DNA of 64,000 nucleotides from contig CAZTEU010000001.1 in NCBI GenBank assembly GCA_964612105.1, forward strand, positions 147,437 through 211,436, written 5' to 3'. Made by a program: the position numbers and the translations under genes. Position 1 is the first letter of the stretch. Every line of letters starts with the position of its first letter. The notes beneath the pieces were generated by a model, which was given only the letters and a program-made list of their open reading frames with translations, searched no databases and had not been told where the DNA came from. The DNA is from an uncultured Gammaproteobacteria bacterium. GTDB lineage: Bacteria > Patescibacteriota > Patescibacteriia > Magasanikbacterales > UBA922. Below, one piece after another: positions 26,202 through 34,929 of this stretch.

Positions 26202-27224
26202 TTATATTAGTTGAATCTCTTCATTTAAAGTAAACCCATATCTATCATACACAGTTTGCTTAATTTCCTCAATAAGGGTGGTAACGTCTGCAGAAGTTGC
26301 CTTACCAAGATTAATGATAAAGTTGCCATGTTCCTCACTAATTTTTGCATCACCAATTTGTCTTCCTTTTAGTCCACACATTTCCACAAGCCATCCAGCT
26401 GGTATTTTCTTGTTCTGTAAAAAACTAGCTACTTTCTCATCTTCCTTACTAAAATTATCCAATAGCTTCTGAGATATAGAATCATCTATAATTTCTATGT
26501 TCTTAAAAATACAGCCAGTAGAAGCATATCCTTTAGGTTGAGTTTCATTTCTGTACTTAATAACTTCCAATGCTTTACGTCTTGCATCATTGTCCTCTCC
26601 TTTTTTTAACGAAAAGGTTGCTCGTAATATTACATCATTGTTGTGCTTAAATTTGCTGTCACGATACCCGAAATTACAATCTTCGTTAGAAAGAGTTATT
26701 GCTTCCCCATCTCTGTACACTTCTACAGATTTTAGTGTGTCTTTTATCTCTGCACCAGTAGCTCCAGCATTACCCCTGATTGCTCCTCCAATACTTCCTG
26801 GTATACCAACTCCCCATTCAAAACCTGTTAATCCAGATTTTATTGTCTCCTGAGCAAGAGCAACAGTCTGTATTCCAGCTGTGGCTGTGACCTCTTCCCC
26901 CTTCACTTCTACTGACCTATCCACAATCTGGACAACAACACCATCATAACCATTATCACTAGCAAGCATATTGCTTCCACCTCCAAACACAATATATTTA
27001 TGCCCTTCTCCGTCTAGATATTTTAGTAGGTCTATTGCAGAATCTACACTGTCTACAATTACAAAATAGGTGGCTGGACCACCAATCTTGAAGGTTGTGT
27101 GTTTGGAAAGAGGTTCGTTTGTCTTTACCTTTCCAAATTCTTTTAATTTTGAGTAAATTTCATCCATAACTAACCTAAGGATAGCGTTATTTTGAGTAAT
27201 TTGCAAGTATACTCTGTTATCCAC
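26202..27224 (-). CDS. murB: UDP-N-acetylenolpyruvoylglucosamine reductase
   Basis: FAD-binding FKIGGPATYF...VFGGGSNML and the C-terminal MurB domain. Confidence 0.8.
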   Translation of the reverse strand: MDNRVYLQITQNNAILRLVMDEIYSKLKEFGKVKTNEPLSKHTTFKIGGPATYFVIVDSVDSAIDLLKYLDGEGHKYIVFGGGSNMLASDNGYDGVVVQIVDRSVEVKGEEVTATAGIQTVALAQETIKSGLTGFEWGVGIPGSIGGAIRGNAGATGAEIKDTLKSVEVYRDGEAITLSNEDCNFGYRDSKFKHNNDVILRATFSLKKGEDNDARRKALEVIKYRNETQPKGYASTGCIFKNIEIIDDSISQKLLDNFSKEDEKVASFLQNKKIPAGWLVEMCGLKGRQIGDAKISEEHGNFIINLGKATSADVTTLIEEIKQTVYDRYGFTLNEEIQLI

Positions 27225-27357
27225 AATATCCTTTACTTTTTCTCTATTTATGCTAACCTAATTACATGAACGTATTTAATGTATTCACAACAAAGAAGAC
27301 CAAGAAGGTCCTCCCTCGGAAGAGGTAGTTGTGTTGCATTAGAAAAAATTGCTAACC

Positions 27358-27384
27358 AGCCACCTCAACCGAGGTGGTTTTTCT
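27358..27384 (+). terminator. intrinsic terminator/attenuator hairpin
   Basis: CCACCTC-aacc-GAGGTGG followed by TTTTT. No gene ends here on the + strand. Confidence 0.5.
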
Positions 27385-27399
27385 ATTGGGGGTGGGAAA

Positions 27400-27612
27400 G
27401 ATGAGTGGGAATCAGGAACATGGCGCAGTCTCAAACGACAAGGACGGGAACGATCTCTTTCCAGGAGATGTTGTCTGGCCAGGATGGGCACTGTTCGCAG
27501 GAAGACGAGGGGTTGTGCAAGAATCCACATACAGCTCTGCTATCGTTCATCTCGTGGAGGAGGGTGGTACAGCAAGTGGAACAATCCGCAGTTCCTCAGT
27601 ATCCAAACGCTG
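27400..27612 (+). other. GC-rich unit: either a 70-aa ORF with an SD, or a structured RNA
   Basis: GGGGGTGGGaaagATG, then MSGNQEHGAVSNDKDGNDLFPGDVVWPGWALFAGRRGVVQ... Three + frames are simultaneously open. Flanked by hairpin terminators at 27358-27384 and 27633-27674. Confidence 0.3.
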
Positions 27613-27632
27613 AGCAAGGAGGACACACAGCG

Positions 27633-27674
27633 GGGATCTAGGCATTAGCCTGATCCCCGTGTCTCTTTTTTTGG
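27633..27674 (+). terminator. rho-independent terminator
   Basis: GGGGATC-(12 nt)-GATCCCC, then gtgtctc, then T7. Confidence 0.55.
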
Positions 27675-27704
27675 CTAATTCTAGCCTTTTTTTTTACTTT
27701 ACTA

Positions 27705-27733
27705 TTGACAAATAGCATATATTGTGTTACTAT
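27705..27733 (+). promoter_or_regulatory. sigma70-like promoter for 27850 lipoprotein gene
   Basis: TTGACA, a 17-nt spacer, then TACTAT. Confidence 0.45.
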
Positions 27734-27849
27734 ATCCCGTCTTTGATTCTTTCAAAGAACACGTGTTCTATGTTGCTTTATTGACTTTTATTGTCAACTA
27801 AGCAAAATAATTATATACTGCTGGAGTATTTCAGCGTAATCACATAGCT

Positions 27850-28638
27850 ATGAAAGGTAAAATCCTATCATTAGGAGCCGTGGCTGTATTGTTACTTGTA
27901 GGAGCAGGGTGTGCCCAAGTGGAAAGCCCAGCACTAGAGAAACAAGCCACAGAACCTGTAGTGCAAAACACTACAGATGGGACTACAGTAGAGACTGTAG
28001 TATCAGATGACAGTATTACTCTGTCTGCTGTTCCAACAGCAATTCCAGGTGAAGTATTACTTACTTGGAATGTACCTACTGAGCTTGAAAGCCCAGAAGG
28101 TTACCGTCTTGTTCGTTCTGCAAATGTAGAACCAAGGTTTCCTGGTAGTTTCTGGTTTCACCAGGGACAGGAGCGTCGTCATATCACCTGGATTAACGTA
28201 CCAGCGGGAAGACAATATTTCCGTTTATGTCAGTTCAAAGGTGGTGAATGTGTGGCGTACAGTAATCAAGTTAGTGTAAATCTTGGAGAAAATGCAAATT
28301 CTACTGCATCTCCTTACACTACTAAACGTACAGAAGTAGAAGTTATACGTAATTTCTACAATGCACTAATGAGCGACAACAAAGCAGACGCTCTAAAATA
28401 TGTACCTGCAAGTGTACGATCAGCGGATTTCTTCAAACAAAAGTGGGAAGAGATACAAGATTGGCAGTTCCAGAATGTTGAGATTCGTCTTGACACAATT
28501 ACTGGAGATATCTTCAGCATAAAGAAAGTGGATATCGTAGTAGGTGTAAAAGTTGATGGAAAAATTGTAGCTGGCCCTAGACAAGTTACAGTAGACTTCC
28601 GTAACGACAAATGGTACATCGTGGACTTCCAGTTATAA
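27850..28638 (+). CDS. lipoprotein, hypothetical
   Basis: Signal peptide with lipobox LLVGAGC. 262 aa. No SD, AT-rich (native class). Confidence 0.55.
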   Translation: MKGKILSLGAVAVLLLVGAGCAQVESPALEKQATEPVVQNTTDGTTVETVVSDDSITLSAVPTAIPGEVLLTWNVPTELESPEGYRLVRSANVEPRFPGSFWFHQGQERRHITWINVPAGRQYFRLCQFKGGECVAYSNQVSVNLGENANSTASPYTTKRTEVEVIRNFYNALMSDNKADALKYVPASVRSADFFKQKWEEIQDWQFQNVEIRLDTITGDIFSIKKVDIVVGVKVDGKIVAGPRQVTVDFRNDKWYIVDFQL

Positions 28639-28654
28639 ACAAAAACAAATTAAA

Positions 28655-28682
28655 AACACCCCTTATGGGGTGTTTTTGTTTA
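28655..28682. terminator. bidirectional terminator (CCCCUUAUGGGG loop)
   Basis: AACACCCC-TTAT-GGGGTGTT followed by a T-run. Serves 27850 (+) and 28692 (-). Confidence 0.7.
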
Positions 28683-28691
28683 CAGAGATGT

Positions 28692-29354
28692 TCATTTAGT
28701 TACTGTTGGAAGAGGTTTAGTAAGCAATATCTGCCACATCCCCTTTACTCGTGCAAATGTTTCTCTAATCTCCATAATAAAAACCGAATCATCCGTATAG
28801 CTATCTGCAGAAAAACCAACTGTATCTATCCCAAAGTTTTCGCAGAAAAATATAATTCTAGGCAGATGAAAGTCTTGAGATACAGCAATTACTGATTCTA
28901 ATCCATACACATGCTTTTCCCTGTAACAACTCTCGTATGTGCGGTATCCATGTGGATCTACAGATACATCATTTATGGGTATTCCATTGTCTATTGCGTA
29001 GCGCAACATAATGTTTACTTCGTCTGCACGCTTACCTCCATCATCACCTGTCATTATTAACTTCTTTACCTTTCCTTTTCTATATAAATCAATTCCAGCA
29101 TCTACTCTGGCCTTCTGCATATTACTTTGGGTACTTTTGTCTTCCATTCCACCACCAAATATTAGAGCGATATCACGTGAAGGAACATCTTCTACAGATG
29201 GGTGAATATTATTTCCATATGGGAATATTATTGCCCATGATATAACTATTAGAAGTAGACTAATCGACAGAAGAGCAACAGAAATAAACTGAAATACAAC
29301 CAAGGATAGGTCTTGGTTGGGTATGTGATTCTTTTTTGGGTTCCTAAATATCAT
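28692..29354 (-). CDS. SanA/YdcF (DUF218) family membrane protein
   Basis: N-terminal TM. ALIFGGG...MTGDDGG...VDPHGYRTYES matches the DUF218 core. Confidence 0.7.
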   Translation of the reverse strand: MIFRNPKKNHIPNQDLSLVVFQFISVALLSISLLLIVISWAIIFPYGNNIHPSVEDVPSRDIALIFGGGMEDKSTQSNMQKARVDAGIDLYRKGKVKKLIMTGDDGGKRADEVNIMLRYAIDNGIPINDVSVDPHGYRTYESCYREKHVYGLESVIAVSQDFHLPRIIFFCENFGIDTVGFSADSYTDDSVFIMEIRETFARVKGMWQILLTKPLPTVTK

Positions 29355-29459
29355 AAAATGTAGTTGAGAGATTATAGCAGATATTGTGTATTTTTCAAGT
29401 ACACATACTTTTCCACACTCCCCTAGACTTTATTTGTTTTATACTCTATACTTTTTCCA

Positions 29460-29690
29460 TACCCTTGAGGTATGGCGTCGTGCATGCGCGGATGTTGTCT
29501 TGCCACCAACCCTCATCGAGGGTAGGTCAGCAGATGCAGCCGTAGGAACTCTACTAATTATCAAGAGGTCCAGTCCTTGCTTTTTCTGCCCCGTCGATCA
29601 CCAAATAAGGCTTCGGGGCTCATCACGTAGGAGCGACTGACGGTTCTTAGGGGGATCTTAGTTGTGTACGACGCCCCCTCCATTTGACCA
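29460..29690 (+). ncRNA. candidate small structured RNA (~215 nt, GC-rich), identity unknown
   Basis: GC-rich block with no credible ORF. The 5' end GGCGTCGTGC (29466-29475) pairs with the 3' end GTACGACGCC (29668-29677) as a closing stem. Followed by terminator 29720-29744. Confidence 0.3.
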
Positions 29691-29719
29691 AAAAAGGTTT
29701 TTGTCCAAATGTTGTAAAA

Positions 29720-29744
29720 AAACGCTTAAATAAGCGTTTTTTTT
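29720..29744. terminator. bidirectional terminator
   Basis: A7-CGCTTA-aa-TAAGCG-T8. Confidence 0.65.
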
Positions 29745-29754
29745 ATATTCTCTA

Positions 29755-29783
29755 TTGACAGGTTGTCCTATTTCAAGTATAAT
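29755..29783 (+). promoter_or_regulatory. consensus sigma70 promoter (TTGACA-N17-TATAAT)
   Basis: TTGACAggttgtcctatttcaagTATAAT is a perfect -35/-10 pair with 17-nt spacing. It sits directly upstream of a GC-rich non-coding stretch. Confidence 0.7.
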
Positions 29784-29789
29784 CCCCAG

Positions 29790-30245
29790 TTGTTTCCTGT
29801 TAGAACTCCGTATAAGGAAGAACGATCTCACGGCTCGATCAAGTAGTTGAGGGGGGTAGAAAAGGAAGGACATAAGTCACCCTTCCTTAGAGGCCAACCA
29901 AAGCCACCCTTCTTCGTCCTCTGCATTGCAAGTCGAAAAAAAACAAAAGATCGAGTGTAAGTCCCTAGTACTCCAGTGATGATCGGCCCCTTATGGCGTT
30001 GAGTACGCGGAAATGATGGAGGTGTGTGTTCCCAAGCTGCTCGGGGTTCAATTCCTGAAAACTGTCGCTTTCTGGCTAAGGCCTGATTGTAGGATGACGG
30101 ACGAGACAAAACAGTGGAAAGTTCACTCCCCTTCTACGTGTACGGTAGCGACGTGCGGTTCTGTAGTCCTAATATTTGGATTACATTCCGCACGTCGCTG
30201 CCACACGTTCGACCATATAAACCTCATTAAGATGTGGTTTTTTGT
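29790..30245 (+). ncRNA. candidate ~455-nt GC-rich non-coding RNA, identity unknown
   Basis: Downstream of the perfect promoter. No ORF with SD or homology. Several GC stems (AAGGAAGG...CCTTCCTT at 29868-29896, and a 14-bp inverted repeat 30143-30157/30188-30202). Ends at T-run 30235-30249. Confidence 0.35.
30143..30202 (+). repeat. 14-bp inverted repeat (stem-loop with 30-nt loop)
   Basis: GGTAGCGACGTGCGG ... CCGCACGTCGCTGCC. Confidence 0.7.
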
Positions 30246-30252
30246 TTGGTAA

Positions 30253-31605
30253 TTATACTACTATTGATTCACTATTCTTTGGAATATCTGTTTCTATTCC
30301 CAATTCATCATTTATTCTTCCTGATAACGCCTCTAGTGCCTTTGGTTCCCCATGAATACATATAACCTTACTTGGTTTTTCTTCAGCCTCACTAATCCAC
30401 CTTACAAGCTTATTTTGATCTCCATGAGCAGATAATGCACCTATTGCTTTGATAGTACTTTTTACCTCAACATCCTGCCCAAATATCTTTACGCTCTTAT
30501 GCCCATCATATATTTTTCTTCCACGAGTGCCTTTTGCTTGATAGCCAACAATAATAAGTGTGGACTTTGGATCCGATAAATACCTAAACAAGTGATGAAT
30601 AATACGCCCACCATTCATCATTCCTGCTCCTGCTATAATTATTTTTGGACCTTTTATGTTGTTTATTTTTTTAGACTCTTCTTTTGAGCGTGTAATTTGT
30701 AGCTGTGGAAACTTAAAAAAATCATCGCCTTTTGTGTATTGGTCACAAGCCTCCTTGTCATAGTATTCTGGATATTTCCTGTACACTGGCAATGCATCTA
30801 TAGCTAGTGGACTATCCAGGAATATGGGAACATCTGGAAGAGTTTTATCTTCCTCACTCATTTCATCCAGCTCATACAAAAGCTCTTGTGTGCGCTCCAT
30901 AGAAAATGCAGGAATCATGATTGTCCCACCACGGGCAACTCCTTCTTTTATTAAATCCAAAATAATCTTCTTTCTTTCTGTGATTGTTTCGTGAATACGA
31001 TCACCATATGTTGATTCACAAACTAATGTATCTATTTTTCCAAGACCTTCTGTTTCTTTAAGTATAGGCACGTTATCATTTCCAATATCCCCAGAAAAAG
31101 CAATTACTTTTCCATTTATATTGACTTCTATGAAAGAGGCTCCAAAAATATGACCAGCATCCTTAAATATTGCATAGTCCCCATCCCCAAGATCTACTTT
31201 TTCATGATAATCAATACCATTACATTGGGAAACAGACCTTTCTATTTCTTCCTCATTAAATAATATGGGTGTTTGATATTTCTTATTATTATAGGTCATT
31301 ATACGAAACGCATCCTGCCATAATAATTTTATCAGACCAAATGTTCCTTTTGTCATATGAATAGAACCTGTATACCCATCTTTTACTAACTTTGGAATCC
31401 TGCCGGAGTGGTCTGTATGAGCATGAGTTAACAAAACATGATCAATTGTGTGTGGGTCGAAAGGAAAATTATCAGCGTTTCTCCCTTCGTTAAAATCTCC
31501 TCCTTGAAACATACCACAATCAACTAAAATGCGCTTAGAGCCCGTATCAATTAGATGGCATGAGCCTGTAACTTCTTCTGCTGCTCCGAAAAAAGTGATT
31601 TTCAT
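30253..31605 (-). CDS. beta-CASP MBL-fold ribonuclease (RNase J / CPSF-like)
   Basis: MKITFFGAAEEVTGSCHLI, HAHTDHSG, a beta-CASP region and a C-terminal RMMBL-like part. Start taken at the second Met. Confidence 0.7.
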   Translation of the reverse strand: MKITFFGAAEEVTGSCHLIDTGSKRILVDCGMFQGGDFNEGRNADNFPFDPHTIDHVLLTHAHTDHSGRIPKLVKDGYTGSIHMTKGTFGLIKLLWQDAFRIMTYNNKKYQTPILFNEEEIERSVSQCNGIDYHEKVDLGDGDYAIFKDAGHIFGASFIEVNINGKVIAFSGDIGNDNVPILKETEGLGKIDTLVCESTYGDRIHETITERKKIILDLIKEGVARGGTIMIPAFSMERTQELLYELDEMSEEDKTLPDVPIFLDSPLAIDALPVYRKYPEYYDKEACDQYTKGDDFFKFPQLQITRSKEESKKINNIKGPKIIIAGAGMMNGGRIIHHLFRYLSDPKSTLIIVGYQAKGTRGRKIYDGHKSVKIFGQDVEVKSTIKAIGALSAHGDQNKLVRWISEAEEKPSKVICIHGEPKALEALSGRINDELGIETDIPKNSESIVV

Positions 31606-31695
31606 AATGGAAAAATTAGTGAAAATAATGTACAATTACATATATAATACATTGTCTATTAACTCTATACAAGACGGTGTTGTTCTGTTATACTC

Positions 31696-32364
31696 TTGAC
31701 CATGAGAAAACGTAATCAACACATAGAAATACAAGAACCACCTTTGCGAGAAATTAATAAGAAGCGTTCGTGTTTTCGTAGGAGTTGTACTACAGGTTGT
31801 GGTTGTATTGTTTTATTTATTGTTGCATTAGTGCTTGTCTTTAAATTTTTCTTAGTGTCTAGACCAAAAAAAGTAAAGACAATTCCAGAACATTTTCCAA
31901 ACAGTGTGCCTATTTATGATACCGAAAGAATTGAGAGTATCTCTTTCTTATCTGCAGAAAAGAAGGGGCGTGCAGTGCAAACGATTTCATATATTTCACG
32001 TAAAACTCTTACACCATTCTCAAAGATTTTAGATAAAAATATAGGTGGCCAAACTGTGTCTACTGTAGGACTAGACGATGTAATTAACTTCTTAAACAGT
32101 CCTGTCACAGACCCTCGTGACATAGTTCATGTAGAATGGGAAGATCTTCAGGCTGAACCATCTTTCATACTTGACTTTTATAGAACTACTCTTGAAAAAA
32201 ATGGTTTCGATGTATCTGCAGGTTATGTATCCACAGAAATATATGATCTTAATTTTGATGGTGAAGAACAGAAAGTAAATGGAGCATTGCATATTGAGGA
32301 TAGCAATGAGAAAGGTACTGACTTTGTCTCGTTAACAGTAAGTATGCCAACTTATGGCAATTAA
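31696..32364 (+). CDS. membrane-anchored hypothetical protein
   Basis: 222 aa with a single N-terminal TM helix. Confidence 0.4.
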   Translation: MTMRKRNQHIEIQEPPLREINKKRSCFRRSCTTGCGCIVLFIVALVLVFKFFLVSRPKKVKTIPEHFPNSVPIYDTERIESISFLSAEKKGRAVQTISYISRKTLTPFSKILDKNIGGQTVSTVGLDDVINFLNSPVTDPRDIVHVEWEDLQAEPSFILDFYRTTLEKNGFDVSAGYVSTEIYDLNFDGEEQKVNGALHIEDSNEKGTDFVSLTVSMPTYGN

Positions 32365-33274
32365 GACATTAAAAATTGGAGATCTAACTTGGGTCAACAT
32401 GGATAGTGTCGATGAGGCTTCTTTAAAATATCTAAAAGATAAGCATAATTTCCATCAGCTGGATATAGAAGATTTACAAAGTGATGGTCAAACTCCAAAA
32501 ATTGACGTATATAAAAAATACCTATTTGTTATTTTGCAATTTCCACGTTGGGACTCTAAAACAAAAACTGTGTCACCTTATGAAATAGATTTCTTCGTTG
32601 GTGACAACTTTCTAATTACAATTCAACACCATTCAGTATCTGACATACATGACTTGTTCAAAAGGTGGCACAAGAGCAGGCAGGTAAAAAAAGATTGGAT
32701 GAATAAAAACTCAGGCTACTTGCTATATAATATTGTTGAATCTCTATTTCAAAAATCTAGACCGATTCTAAATAAACTTGGGAGAGAGATTTATGACATT
32801 GAGAAAGAGGTGTTTGCTGGACAACAGCTTGATAATAATCTAATCATGGAGCTTGGGCGTCACAGAAGAAATGTGCTCGGTTTTAGAAGAATAATTGACC
32901 CACAAAGGTATCTAATGAGTAATCTATCTCATATTAGAAAACCTTTCTTATCAGAAGACACCTCACTCTATTTTGATGATGTAAATGACTATTTAAGTAA
33001 GCTGTGGTCTATTATTGATACTTATAGAGACACAGTTCAAGGTCTACACGTAACTGTTGAATCTCTAATCAATCAGAGAACGAATAAGGTTATTAGCATG
33101 CTTACAGTTATATCTGTTTCATTACTCCCTCTTACTGTACTTTCTGGGATATATGGTATGAACATAGCGCTACCATTTTCTCACCAACCATTGGTTGTGT
33201 GGGGTATATTTATCATTCTTACTTGTTCTATATTATTATTGATCTCAATCATGAGAAAAAAACGCTGGATCTGA
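32354..33274 (+). CDS. corA: magnesium/cobalt transporter CorA
   Basis: C-terminal two TM helices with YGMN motif (GIYGMNIALPF). Confidence 0.8.
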   Translation: MAIKTLKIGDLTWVNMDSVDEASLKYLKDKHNFHQLDIEDLQSDGQTPKIDVYKKYLFVILQFPRWDSKTKTVSPYEIDFFVGDNFLITIQHHSVSDIHDLFKRWHKSRQVKKDWMNKNSGYLLYNIVESLFQKSRPILNKLGREIYDIEKEVFAGQQLDNNLIMELGRHRRNVLGFRRIIDPQRYLMSNLSHIRKPFLSEDTSLYFDDVNDYLSKLWSIIDTYRDTVQGLHVTVESLINQRTNKVISMLTVISVSLLPLTVLSGIYGMNIALPFSHQPLVVWGIFIILTCSILLLISIMRKKRWI

Positions 33275-33275
33275 T

Positions 33276-34886
33276 ATGATTCAACTATTTTCCAGCAAAA
33301 CAAAAAGTATTACAGGAGCCGCTATCATACTTGGATCGGCTTCTTTTATTAGTAGAATTATTGGGGTGGTTAGAGACCGTGTATTTGCCCACCAGTTTGG
33401 AGCTGGAGAGATGTTAGATGCTTACTATGCAGCATTCCGTATTCCAGACTTAGTATATAACCTACTGGTTGTTGGCGCACTTTCTGCTGGATTTATACCA
33501 GTATTCATGGAACTTTTAGTAAAAAACAAAAAAGATGCTTGGAGAGTTACTAATAGTATAATAAACATACTTGGCCTCTGTTTGGTGATAATTTGTGGAA
33601 TATTAGCTATATTTACTCCACAATTAATGCCTCTTGTCGTTCCTGGATTTAACGAGGGGACCATGGGAATAACAGTGCTTCTTACACGTGTTATGTTTTT
33701 AAGTCCAATACTTCTAGGACTAAGTAGTGTTGTTAGTGGGGTTCTGCAATCTTTTAAATCATTCCTAATATATGCATTTACTCCAATAATGTATAACGTA
33801 GGGATAATTATTGGCGCTACTGTCTTTGTTCCATATTTTGGAATTGTTGGGTTAGCCTATGGTGTAGTTTTAGGTGCTACTCTTCATTTAGCTGTACAAC
33901 TACCAACTTTTTTTAGTCATGGGTTTAAATATAAAGCATTACTAGAAATAAAGAATAAATCTGTAAGAAAGATATTTCTCTTAATGATTCCAAGAACACT
34001 TGGGCTTGCAACTGTGCAACTCAATCTAATAGCAATGACTCTATTTGCATCATTACTAGCAACAGGTAGTATTGCTGTGTTTAATTTTGCAAATAATCTT
34101 CAGTACTTCCCTATCGGTATTGTTGGAATATCATTTGCCGTAGCTGCATTCCCTACTTTTGCACAACTTATTGCACAGGGTCAAACTGAGAAGTTTATAA
34201 GACACTTGAGCACAACAATTCGCCAGATTCTATTTTTTATACTCCCACTTACTATTATTTTCTTATTACTTAGGGCTCAGATTGTGCGTGTAGTTCTTGG
34301 AAGTGGTCAGTTCGATTGGAACGCAACCATTCTTACATCTGATACACTTGCGTTGTTTAGTGTGTCATTGTTTGCACAAGCACTAATACCGTTGTTTGCT
34401 AGGGCTTTCTATGCACTGCAGGATACGTGGACGCCTTTTGTAGCAGGTATTGTTGGGTCTATTATAAATATAATCTTAGCTTGGTATCTAAAAGATATAT
34501 TTGGAGTTACAGGTCTTGCTATATCATTCTCTGCTGGTGCCATAATCCAACTTGCTGTTCTTTGGCTGCTACTAAGACTAAAGATAAGAACTATACACGA
34601 GTTAAGTATATTACTAGGCTTGTTTAAGATATCTATAGCGCTTATTATTATGGCATTACTTACTCAATGGATTAAAACACCTCTAGCTAGTTTTGTAGAT
34701 ATGACTCGTTTTTGGGGTATACTAACCCAGGGAGCAATTGCTGGATCTGTTGGGCTTCTTGTATATGGAACAATCTGCTACCTATTAAAAGTTGAAGAAA
34801 TGATGGTTATAGCAAAGAGTATGAGGAGAAAGTGGTTAAAGCTCGCATATATTCAAGGAGAAATAAATGATGCAGATGAATTATAG
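33276..34886 (+). CDS. murJ: lipid II flippase MurJ
   Basis: MviN/MurJ N-terminus AAIILGSASFISRIIGVVRDRVFAHQFGAG with 14 TM segments. 536 aa. Confidence 0.8.
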   Translation: MIQLFSSKTKSITGAAIILGSASFISRIIGVVRDRVFAHQFGAGEMLDAYYAAFRIPDLVYNLLVVGALSAGFIPVFMELLVKNKKDAWRVTNSIINILGLCLVIICGILAIFTPQLMPLVVPGFNEGTMGITVLLTRVMFLSPILLGLSSVVSGVLQSFKSFLIYAFTPIMYNVGIIIGATVFVPYFGIVGLAYGVVLGATLHLAVQLPTFFSHGFKYKALLEIKNKSVRKIFLLMIPRTLGLATVQLNLIAMTLFASLLATGSIAVFNFANNLQYFPIGIVGISFAVAAFPTFAQLIAQGQTEKFIRHLSTTIRQILFFILPLTIIFLLLRAQIVRVVLGSGQFDWNATILTSDTLALFSVSLFAQALIPLFARAFYALQDTWTPFVAGIVGSIINIILAWYLKDIFGVTGLAISFSAGAIIQLAVLWLLLRLKIRTIHELSILLGLFKISIALIIMALLTQWIKTPLASFVDMTRFWGILTQGAIAGSVGLLVYGTICYLLKVEEMMVIAKSMRRKWLKLAYIQGEINDADEL

Positions 34887-34929
34887 GTTGCGGATAGTCT
34901 GTCTCCAAGGTAAAATAGAATAATAACGT

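Noticed and set aside
27386-27670. TPP or cobalamin riboswitch, RNase P, tmRNA, or SRP identity for the GC-rich cassette
   Set aside because: Partial box matches (CUGAG/CCUGAUC; GGCACUG...GGAAG; CCAGG...CAGGAAG) are in the wrong order or spacing. There is no CCGG-containing P4 motif, no tag frame and no GNRA-capped domain IV. No assignment is justified without a covariance-model search.
30044-30062. T-loop-like CGGGGTTCAATTCCTG as a tRNA, tmRNA 3' domain or tRNA pseudogene
   Set aside because: No 5-bp T-stem, acceptor stem or CCA can be formed around it, and no matching 5' GGGG acceptor partner exists.
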